DNA from: Candidatus Bathyarchaeia archaeon
Lineage (GTDB): Bacteria > Patescibacteriota > Microgenomatia > PFEM01 > JAFGMK01
Assembly: GCA_035529595.1 (NCBI GenBank)
Contig: DATKWK010000023.1
Location: 206,961-270,960, forward strand
Direction of reading: 5' to 3'
Length of the DNA stretch: 64,000 nucleotides
Made by a program: the position numbers and the translations under genes. Positions 56,377 to 64,000 of the stretch are shown in pieces. The notes below the pieces were generated by a model. It was not told the origin of the DNA. It did no database searches and saw nothing but the letters and a program-made list of their open reading frames with translations. How positions within the stretch are numbered: the stretch's first letter is position 1; every line of letters begins with the position of its first letter.

Positions 56377-58170
56377 CTAATGGATTTCTGATTTTTTTTC
56401 CTTTAAAAAGGAGCTCCAACTCTCAATAAAGCCAATAAACGTTGAGAACGGCATATCAACCAAAGCAATAAAAAAGACGCTGACAATATTATATTCTTTC
56501 CATTTATTGGATAGCCATTGGCCGATCTTACCCATTGGCACGGATAAAATGTCTATTGAAAATTCCCAAAAGCTGGTTCTTTCCTCAATGGTTAATTCTT
56601 TCGCTCTTTGCTTAATTACCAAGGCTGCCGAGACAATCATGGCGACATTTAAAGTGTCGATATAAAGGGAGGTGACAGGAATTTTTGCCAAGCGAAAAAC
56701 CCAAAAGACCAGCGCCAGAGAGGCAATCGTCCCGGCCGCGTAAAAGAGACTGACTACAAACCAGAGCAGGGATTTTGTTTTCTTTCGCATTCTTATCTCG
56801 TAAATATCTTTTTCATCCGATCGATATACAATTTTTAATATCTCTATTACTACCCGGTTTAGATTTTCCGGACGAGGCGGTCTGACCAGAAGCACCAAAA
56901 TTGCCATTAGAGCAGTTGGTAACAAAATATCAATGGTCATTGCCAGCGGTTTCCATTCGCCATAGATTAATTTAGCCAGAGGAACCTCGAAAATAAATAG
57001 GGATAAGGCGCCGGCGATAAAAATTGACAGGGTCGAATAGACAGCTGACCGGTAGAGACGTCCCTTCAAAGTTGACAGCCGTTTAGTGTAAGCATCTCGA
57101 ATTAGTTGAGTCAGTTCTTTGGGTTTACCCAGAGTAGGAATAACATCACTTGGCTTTTTCTCATACTGATCGAGAATATCGCCTAAAATAATATAAAGCG
57201 TGTCGTATTTTTCACAAATACGAAAAAAAGTACTGGAGAGAGAATGAGATAAATTTTTTTCAATTTGATTTTTGATAGTGATGATATTTTGAGTTATTTG
57301 GTCAAGTAAATTGTTTGGTAAATCGTCCCATTCGGGCCAGCGATTTTTTAGAAGATGGTAAGAAATTATCGGATCATCAAGATGGAAAAGAGTTCGCCTG
57401 ACGGCAATAAACAACTGTGTTGCTTTCTCCTCTTGACTAAGTGCACCTTCTGGTATAATTTTAATTCTTTCATCCATCAATTGAAACATACACTCCATTA
57501 GCGCTTTTTGCCTAATAGGTGAAGCTAATAGCTCCTCGACTTCACAGGCGGCGATTTCCAACATCCAAGTATAAAGATTGATCTTTTGTTTAATTTTGGG
57601 GACAGCTTCCTGTTTAGCTAGAGGGTTTTTTTCGAGGATGTAGGTGTATTTTTCTAATAACTTTTGTACCTTAGCGACTTGAGATCTTGGTATTTTGCCA
57701 TTGGGAAAATGACCGCCTCTGATTAATTCGAGTATCAGCGGTTCGGCAATCTTTTGCGGTTCAAAGCCACTTACTAGGCTAATACCGGAAATTTCGGAAA
57801 TCATTTTTCGCTTTAGAATTCTTTCGATTGCCGCACGTCGAACCAGATGTTCTTCTTTCCAATCAACAATTTTTCTGATCTTCTCATAGAAAAGAGCTAC
57901 CCGGGAGGCAATTTCATCAACATAAAGAGTAGCAATCTCCGTTTTCTTTGACCGTTCGCGGTAATAATCCCGATAGTTTAAGAAGAGCCTGTAAATCGGC
58001 TCGGAAAAAGGTGTTTCTTCGAAGGACTCTGCTTTCTTTTCCTGCTTACGCGTCGTTGCCTGTGCCGGATTTTGAGTTAGCGTTTCCACTACTCTTTCGG
58101 CTTCAAGCAGCAATTCTTCTTCCTTTTCTTGGGCCTGTTGGATTTTTCGAGCACTGAAAATTGTGATCAT
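56377..58170 (-). CDS. Conserved hypothetical membrane protein
   Basis: 597 aa; YEKIR..VD.KEEHL.RR.AIERILKR; C-terminal TM helices. Confidence 0.7.
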   Translation of the reverse strand: MITIFSARKIQQAQEKEEELLLEAERVVETLTQNPAQATTRKQEKKAESFEETPFSEPIYRLFLNYRDYYRERSKKTEIATLYVDEIASRVALFYEKIRKIVDWKEEHLVRRAAIERILKRKMISEISGISLVSGFEPQKIAEPLILELIRGGHFPNGKIPRSQVAKVQKLLEKYTYILEKNPLAKQEAVPKIKQKINLYTWMLEIAACEVEELLASPIRQKALMECMFQLMDERIKIIPEGALSQEEKATQLFIAVRRTLFHLDDPIISYHLLKNRWPEWDDLPNNLLDQITQNIITIKNQIEKNLSHSLSSTFFRICEKYDTLYIILGDILDQYEKKPSDVIPTLGKPKELTQLIRDAYTKRLSTLKGRLYRSAVYSTLSIFIAGALSLFIFEVPLAKLIYGEWKPLAMTIDILLPTALMAILVLLVRPPRPENLNRVVIEILKIVYRSDEKDIYEIRMRKKTKSLLWFVVSLFYAAGTIASLALVFWVFRLAKIPVTSLYIDTLNVAMIVSAALVIKQRAKELTIEERTSFWEFSIDILSVPMGKIGQWLSNKWKEYNIVSVFFIALVDMPFSTFIGFIESWSSFLKEKKSEIH

Positions 58171-58236
58171 ACGATTTAATTAATAATCAATTACCGGCCG
58201 TACGCGTATTTTACCAAAAGTACCGGCAAATAAATA

Positions 58237-58710
58237 CTATTTAAGGATCTTGCTTAGTTTCTGGGCAAAGGCGGCTGCTTTTCCAAAATCTTTTTTGTTT
58301 GGTCGGGATCTATTGATGCCGCCGATAAAACGCAACAGGCCGTAGGTATCCCAACCGAGGCAGGAGAATTCAGCCACTATCTTATATCCTCTCAAGCGGA
58401 GTAACCTCCTTAAAGGTTTATGGAAGTCATTAAGGAGATAGATTCGGGGCAAGCCGCTGGTAGAAAAAATAAACGCCCGCTTATCCTGGTCGCGAGGAAT
58501 TTTTCGCACCAGATCGAAAATTTTTTGGTGATGTTTCTTAAAATAAATGCCGGAACCGAAACCGATTAAGTTATAAAAACGCGCCATTCGCGGTCTAAAC
58601 TCATGAGTGCTGATAATTTTCGCTCCAAGTTCTTTACCGATAACGCCGGCAATTTTTTCCGTATTTTTATGATGAAAAGAGGCACAAATGATCAGTGATT
58701 TACAACCCAT
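58237..58710 (-). CDS. Flavodoxin-family protein
   Basis: S.HH.NTEKIA, GFGSGIY, FSTSG, F.C.G.DT. Confidence 0.85.
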   Translation of the reverse strand: MGCKSLIICASFHHKNTEKIAGVIGKELGAKIISTHEFRPRMARFYNLIGFGSGIYFKKHHQKIFDLVRKIPRDQDKRAFIFSTSGLPRIYLLNDFHKPLRRLLRLRGYKIVAEFSCLGWDTYGLLRFIGGINRSRPNKKDFGKAAAFAQKLSKILK

Positions 58711-58774
58711 AAATTTGAAATTAATTTATTAATCGTCATTAGAAGCCCTCATGGTTACCAAAGTGAAATAATAG

Positions 58775-58848
58775 TCGGAGAGCCGGGATTCGAACCCGGG
58801 ACCTCACGGTCCCAAACCGTGCGCGCTAGCCAACTGCGCCACTCTCCG
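58775..58848 (-). tRNA. tRNA-Pro(TGG)
   Basis: CGGAGAG acceptor; CACGG-TT-TGG-GA-CCGTG anticodon arm. Confidence 0.95.
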
Positions 58849-58862
58849 AAAAAAAACTTAGT

Positions 58863-59819
58863 TTACATCCTCGCCCGCCAGTAATCGAGAGTATCTCTGA
58901 GCGTCTTTTCAAATGGAATTTGCGGTATCCAGCCGGTTGCCTTCCTAAACTTAGTGCTGTCACCTTGAAGAACGGGAACGTCAGACGGCCTCATTCTTTC
59001 GGGATCCTGTTCTATTTTTACTTTAATATTAGACATCCCAAGCAGCATTTCCAGAACTTTCTTAATCTGCCAGGTTTTACCGCTGGCAATCACATAAGCT
59101 TCACCGGGTCTAGCCTTCTGGACAGCAAGCAGATAAGCACGGACTACATCGCGGACGTCGGTAAAGTCTCTTTTTGCTTCCAGATTACCTACTTTCAATA
59201 CTGGTTTCCTGAGACCCTTTTCGATCTCGGCAATTTGCCTGGCAAAATTTGAGGAGACAAAGCTTTCTGTCCGGCGCGGTCCGGTGTGGTTGAATGCCCT
59301 GGTCCGGATGATCTTCATCCCGTAACTTTTGAAGTATTGATAACCTAAAAGATCCATTGCCACTTTAGACACCGCATAAGGAGAAAGCGGCCGAAATGGA
59401 TTATCTTCATTTACCGGCAGTTCACTTTTCTTAACCAGACCGTACTCCTCGGAGGAACAGGCAATTTGAATTACCGGGTCGAAATCCGATTTCCTGATGG
59501 CTTCGAATAAATTGACACTACCCAGGACATTAGCTTCCATCGTTGTTGCCGGCGACGTCCAGGAGGCAGGAACAAAAGATTGAGCGGCTAAGTGAAAAAT
59601 ATAGTCAGGCTGCACTTTTTTGATTAGAGTATAAATGGAATGGGAATCAAGAATATCGGCTGAAAATATCTTAATTTTATCAAGAAGATGGCTGATATTT
59701 TCCGTATTACTGCGAGGCCGGGCAGTACCGAAAACCTGATAATCGTTCTTTGATAATAAGAGTTCGGCCAGATGGGAACCGACAAAGCCAGTAATACCGG
59801 TGATTAAAACTTTTTTCAT
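58863..59819 (-). CDS. GDP-mannose 4,6-dehydratase / Rmd-like extended SDR
   Basis: ITGITGFVG, HLAAQSFV, SSEEYG, SPYAVSK, FNHTGPRR, GNLEAKRDF. Confidence 0.9.
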   Translation of the reverse strand: MKKVLITGITGFVGSHLAELLLSKNDYQVFGTARPRSNTENISHLLDKIKIFSADILDSHSIYTLIKKVQPDYIFHLAAQSFVPASWTSPATTMEANVLGSVNLFEAIRKSDFDPVIQIACSSEEYGLVKKSELPVNEDNPFRPLSPYAVSKVAMDLLGYQYFKSYGMKIIRTRAFNHTGPRRTESFVSSNFARQIAEIEKGLRKPVLKVGNLEAKRDFTDVRDVVRAYLLAVQKARPGEAYVIASGKTWQIKKVLEMLLGMSNIKVKIEQDPERMRPSDVPVLQGDSTKFRKATGWIPQIPFEKTLRDTLDYWRARM

Positions 59820-59851
59820 AAACCTCCCGTAAAAATATTAATTGTTTTCCT

Positions 59852-59938
59852 TGGTGCCGAGGGCGGGACTTGAACCCGCACGGAGTTGCCCCCACAGGAT
59901 TTTAAGTCCTGCGCGTCTACCAATTCCGCCACCCCGGC
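59852..59938 (-). tRNA. tRNA-Leu(TAA)
   Basis: CAGGA-CT-TAA-AA-TCCTG anticodon arm; CCA encoded. Confidence 0.95.
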
Positions 59939-60002
59939 TTGCGAAAAATTCTGAAGTTATTATAACAAATTTTATCCGTAGTTTTGCTATACTAAAAATA
60001 AG

Positions 60003-61004
60003 ATGAGCAAAACAGTCTGTCTAGCTAAAGGCACGGATCATTATCAAAATATCACTAATTGCTTAAATTTAATTCGTGGCGATATAGAAAAAGCATTAAT
60101 CGGTAGAGAAAAAGTTGTTATTAAAGTTAACTTTGTCTCCCCCGAAAATGAACTCGCGGCCACTCCGATTGAATCAGTTACAGCTTTACTGGATTTTCTT
60201 CGCCCGATATATAAAAAGCGGATTCAGATTATGGAAACAGGTAAGAATGCTGCTCTAGGTTTTAAGAATTTTAATTACCCGAAATTAACGGAAAAATATA
60301 ACGTTAAATTAACGGCTCTTGATAATGGAAATCTGGTACCGGTATTTGTTTATGACGTTAACCTTAAAAAGAGAATTAAAGTCGAGATATACCAGGAAGC
60401 ATTGAGTGCCGATTTCCTGATCTCAATAACCCGGGCGAAAACTCATAATTACGGTATTGTTACTTTGGGTCTAAAAAATATCGCCGCCGGGTTTTTAAAA
60501 GATACGTCGCTGATACATCAAGGTTATCAAGCTTTTAATAAAAACCTTTTTCTGCTAATTAAGAAAATACAGCCCGACCTGTCGATAATCGACGCCACTG
60601 TCGGAATGGAAGGTAACGGTCCAATCTCCGGCCAACCAATCAAAGTCGGTTGGGCATTAGCCTCGCCTGATGCTCTTCGGGCTGATATTATCGCTGCCCG
60701 ATTGATGGGCTTTAACCCGAAACAAATCGGTTATCTTCATTTTTGTCTTGAAGCGAAGGGCTTTATCAATTGCTTACCCAAGGTTAATATTTTAGGGAAT
60801 ACGCCTGAGGAATGCCGGACGAAATTTAAACCGCCTGATGATATCGCCCGACAACTGAAATGGGATCATTCAACTAAAGGTAAAGAAAAAGCGAAAATTG
60901 TTTTTACGGAGAAATACTACTCCCCTTTTAAGAAAAGCCGTCTGGGACAACGTTTGAATGTCGAACCGCTTGCACAAAATCTTAAACGGTTATTAGGTTT
61001 TTAA
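60003..61004 (+). CDS. DUF362-domain protein
   Basis: V.IK.N, KTH...VTLGLKN, IID...GMEGNGP..G, D..A..LMG. Confidence 0.82.
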   Translation: MSKTVCLAKGTDHYQNITNCLNLIRGDIEKALIGREKVVIKVNFVSPENELAATPIESVTALLDFLRPIYKKRIQIMETGKNAALGFKNFNYPKLTEKYNVKLTALDNGNLVPVFVYDVNLKKRIKVEIYQEALSADFLISITRAKTHNYGIVTLGLKNIAAGFLKDTSLIHQGYQAFNKNLFLLIKKIQPDLSIIDATVGMEGNGPISGQPIKVGWALASPDALRADIIAARLMGFNPKQIGYLHFCLEAKGFINCLPKVNILGNTPEECRTKFKPPDDIARQLKWDHSTKGKEKAKIVFTEKYYSPFKKSRLGQRLNVEPLAQNLKRLLGF

Positions 61005-61024
61005 TTATATTATAATCACTGCCG

Positions 61025-61798
61025 ATGATCATCAAAGAAAGAGAATATTTTTGTAACGGAGCGAAAACTAACTATTATCAATTAGGGAAAGGCCAACCGC
61101 TTATTTTTTTACATGGAGCAGCCCTAGGCCCTTTGGTTTATCGTCAGGCTTTAGAGAAATTGGCTGTTTATTTCGAAGTTATCGCTCCCGACATACCGCC
61201 ATTTGGTAAATTCAATCTGCCTCCGGAAGACTGGGAATTTGATGACTACGGAACGTATTTTGCGTCATTGATTGAATCTCTTAATCTGGAAAAGGTAATC
61301 TTAGTTGGCCATTCTCTCGGCGGCGGAATCGCAGCCAGTACGGCTATTAGTAGCAAAAGAGTAAAAAAGCTTATACTTATTAATCCTGCAGCAATACCGA
61401 TAAAAAAATCATTTTTACAATTATCCGCTTATTTTTTTAAAACATCATTTAACTATCTTAGAAAGTCAAAAAAAAGAAAAGTAGGATTTTCCAGATTTCG
61501 TCATGTAGTTTACTATTCTATAAATAATATTCACCACGTTAATCGAATTTTTAAGTATATGGCTAGAGTAGTTAAAACAGGCAATCAAGAAACTTTAGAA
61601 AAGATAGAAATGCCGACGCTTATTCTTTGGGGAAAACCAGATCTGATTCTTCCTGATAGCCAGGCAATCGAGATTCATACAAGAATCAAGAATTCAAACT
61701 TGAAACTGTTAGCAGGCGGTCACGAATGGTGTCTTTTTCAGCCCGAAAAATTAGTGGAACTGATCAACAAATTTACTAAAATAGAGGCTATAAAATAA
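61025..61798 (+). CDS. Alpha/beta hydrolase
   Basis: LHG oxyanion motif, GHSLGG nucleophile, WG..D, GH. Confidence 0.9.
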   Translation: MIIKEREYFCNGAKTNYYQLGKGQPLIFLHGAALGPLVYRQALEKLAVYFEVIAPDIPPFGKFNLPPEDWEFDDYGTYFASLIESLNLEKVILVGHSLGGGIAASTAISSKRVKKLILINPAAIPIKKSFLQLSAYFFKTSFNYLRKSKKRKVGFSRFRHVVYYSINNIHHVNRIFKYMARVVKTGNQETLEKIEMPTLILWGKPDLILPDSQAIEIHTRIKNSNLKLLAGGHEWCLFQPEKLVELINKFTKIEAIK

Positions 61799-61852
61799 AT
61801 GTATGACTTTCCAAATTCAATCCGGATTGGTAAAATTAACCGATAGCTTAAT

Positions 61853-62180
61853 TGCCGGGTCGTCTAATGGTCCGCCTCGCCTCCGGCGAGCGAGACTTCG
61901 CCAAATCTGCCGAAGGCAAGATGAAGGCGAGCAGGACATATGTGGTATGTTTATATTCTAAAAAGCAGGTATTTTCCAAAATCCTATGTTGGTTGTACTA
62001 ATAACATTGAAAGGAGGTTAAAGGAACATAATGATGGTAAGAGTATCTTTACAAAACGATATCAACCATGGAATTTAATCAAAACAGAAATATTTAATGA
62101 TTGCAAAACAGCAAAAAAAAGAGAAAAGTTTTACAAGTCAGGAATAGGTAGAAAAAAACTAAAAGAGATTTTTTATAAAT
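61853..62180 (+). mobile_element. Putative tRNA-5'-end GIY-YIG element at tRNA-Gln
   Basis: Duplicated tRNA-Gln 5' end (61853-61870), hairpin insert (61871-61931), resumed CAGGACA, GIY-YIG ORF, then intact tRNA. Confidence 0.7.
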
Positions 62181-62230
62181 TGCCGGGTCGTCTAATGGCA
62201 GGACACATCCCTTTGAAGGATGATATCTAG
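61940..62230 (+). CDS. Small GIY-YIG nuclease (UPF0213/Slx1-like)
   Basis: WYVYILKS...YVGCT.N.ERRL.EHN.G...T..Y.PW.L...E......A..RE...KSG.GR; the frame runs into the tRNA. Confidence 0.92.
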   Translation: MWYVYILKSRYFPKSYVGCTNNIERRLKEHNDGKSIFTKRYQPWNLIKTEIFNDCKTAKKREKFYKSGIGRKKLKEIFYKLPGRLMAGHIPLKDDI

Positions 62231-62254
62231 GTTCGAATCCTAGCCCGGCAGCCA
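62181..62254 (+). tRNA. tRNA-Gln(TTG)
   Basis: TGCCGGG/CCCGGCA acceptor, CATCC-CT-TTG-AA-GGATG anticodon arm, G73 and CCA. Confidence 0.95.
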
Positions 62255-62339
62255 GAACGGGCACCCAAGGTGACCGGGGTGCCTAAAAAAGCCCTTGTTA
62301 CCTTGCAAAAAGTCACGGGGGGAAACTAAATCTTGATAT

Positions 62340-62666
62340 ATGGTGATTGTAAGAAATAATTCTTTATTAAAAAAAATTTTGCCCCTTTTAAGCCTTTTCG
62401 TCACACTTCTTTGTATTTGTCTAGTTTTTAATGTCTTAAGAGATATAAATCCAAATCTAATTCCTTACAGAATTAATAAGATCTTAAATTTATTTATACT
62501 TCCCATAGCTCTTATTATTGAGTTAACCAAGACAAGAGAGCGTTTATGGAAAAGCTGGAAAAAAATCCCAATTGCCATACATTTTATTGTAACATTATTT
62601 TTTTCAGGTATAATACTTAAGATTTTCCCTCTTGCCTGGGTAAAGATCTGGAATGAAGAAGACTAA
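62340..62666 (+). CDS. Membrane hypothetical protein
   Basis: Three hydrophobic segments, AT-rich coding sequence. Confidence 0.5.
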   Translation: MVIVRNNSLLKKILPLLSLFVTLLCICLVFNVLRDINPNLIPYRINKILNLFILPIALIIELTKTRERLWKSWKKIPIAIHFIVTLFFSGIILKIFPLAWVKIWNEED

Positions 62667-63375
62667 AAAAAGAATCATTAGCTTAATAGACAAGATTAAA
62701 GCACATAGCGATCTTCTAATTGTCTATGGACTAATAATTTCAGCTGCTTTAGCAGCTTCAATAGCATCATCTTATATCACTGGTAAAATCAAATCTACCA
62801 ACGAAATTAGTCCTGAACTTCAAACAGAACAACCATCACTCTATCCTGACTATGATGCGATAAAAAGTGATCACCCTGATCCTAAAATTAAAATCTTAAA
62901 CATCACTAAAGATTGTCCAATCGAAGGCTGTATAAACAGCAAACCAGCGACAATAGAGTTTGATGGAATTAAAAAAAATTATAAAGTAGTTGGAGAATTT
63001 GCAAGGGCATATTTATATATTGAAGCCTTAGTGGATCATGAGCGGCCATTAACAAGTTGGGACGACTTTTATTTTACCTTAAACAATCAAGGAGGACATT
63101 TAATAAGTCAAGAAAACTCCTTACCTGTGCCACCAAGTAATTCCTCTCGTTACCTTTATGACTTAAGGTCAATATCATATTATCCTACAATCAGAGACAA
63201 AGAACGGAAAACCAACAAAATGGTCAATGTAGACTTCTTTCACTTTCTGAAAGATGGATATACTCTTAACATTTGGGTTTCAGTTTCTTCAAACCGGCCC
63301 GGAAGAGTAATGAAAGAAGTCAGTATATACTATGAATGTCTGGAAGGTTCAGAATGTAGTATAGAAGAGAAATAA
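62653..63375 (+). CDS. Membrane-anchored hypothetical protein
   Basis: N-terminal TM helix plus beta-rich domain with Cys pairs. Confidence 0.6.
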   Translation: MKKTKKRIISLIDKIKAHSDLLIVYGLIISAALAASIASSYITGKIKSTNEISPELQTEQPSLYPDYDAIKSDHPDPKIKILNITKDCPIEGCINSKPATIEFDGIKKNYKVVGEFARAYLYIEALVDHERPLTSWDDFYFTLNNQGGHLISQENSLPVPPSNSSRYLYDLRSISYYPTIRDKERKTNKMVNVDFFHFLKDGYTLNIWVSVSSNRPGRVMKEVSIYYECLEGSECSIEEK

Positions 63376-63808
63376 TAAGGTGGATTTTCATTTCTTTCCT
63401 TTTAAACTTTTAGTTTTTCTGATTCTTTCAAAAGAATGAAAGTCGAGCTACTTTTTTTAAAGTCCTTTCACTAATGGAAACATTTACCGTGAGGTTATCG
63501 GAGCTGAACTGACTTTCTTGTCATGGATGTAGAGATGCTTAAGGGGTAATTTCTTCTCTTACCTATGACAGCGACGACAAAATATGGATTAAAGAATGAC
63601 AATTGCAATTAAATTACGGATTGCATCCAGCTACGCGAGGCAAACTTAGAAGAGAAGGCCTATTGAAAGGTAGAGATCTTAAAAGAAAAGATGGATCTAT
63701 CTACTGCGCTGTTTATTTAGTTAAAGAAAATAAAGAGTTTTTCAAGAAATACCCGAAGAAGCCCACAATGAAAGTAAAATTTGTTAGCCCCAGTAATAAA
63801 AAGAAAAA

Positions 63809-64000
63809 ATGAAAAAACAAACATTTTTGGCGCCCATATATGGACTGAGAGAAGGATTAAAGGATCCGATCACTCTCGGAAAGAGCCTTTTGATTAGAAA
63901 TACAGACCTTTTGGCCAAAGAATATAAAGCTTTTGAAGATCATGGCCTAAAGGCAAACTATCATGCGGTTTTAGAAATTGATTACCGATATGATCCTAAT
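63809..64000 (+). CDS. Hypothetical protein (3'-truncated by window edge)
   Basis: Open frame MKKQTFLAPIYGL... running to the end of the window. Confidence 0.5.
   Translation, partial: MKKQTFLAPIYGLREGLKDPITLGKSLLIRNTDLLAKEYKAFEDHGLKANYHAVLEIDYRYDPN

Noticed and set aside
1-64000. Alternative genetic code (UGA recoded)
   Set aside because: Conserved genes are full-length under code 11, and TGA terminates pilM, nusB and rplT.

Overview
Chromosomal segment of a bacterium using genetic code 11, most likely CPR/Patescibacteria (Microgenomates-like). The assignment is inferred from the FKBP-less trigger factor, short PheT and ThrS, the type IV pilus cluster and the Pro/Thr-linker surface proteins. 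Housekeeping content: a pilin/pilMNO cluster, rpsP-khpA, rpmF-nusB-rnc, recG, tyrS, a class A PBP, thrS-infC-rpmI-rplT, pheST, tig, thiI, rarA, a MacAB-type exporter, a P-type ATPase and about 12 tRNA genes. The most unusual signals are non-coding or architectural. (1) Two independent small GIY-YIG nuclease elements sit at tRNA 5' ends (Leu-TAG and Gln-TTG); each is preceded by a duplicated tRNA 5' fragment split at the D-loop GG by a hairpin insert. (2) A complete tRNA-His is nested in the anticodon loop of another His-type tRNA. (3) Three related leader-peptide attenuators (Ile/Leu-rich, Phe-rich, and one before pheST) are present, and two of them control ATP-grasp ligase plus peptidase pairs. 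(4) A Tyr-specifier T-box riboswitch lies directly upstream of a tRNA-Tyr gene and tyrS. (5) A sulfatase-like gene is bracketed by 14-bp inverted repeats and carries a boxA-like motif. (6) A duplicated, synonymously diverged rarA 3' end bounds a toxin-antitoxin/NUDIX insert. All calls were made by eye from the sequence and the ORF track; no database searches were run.
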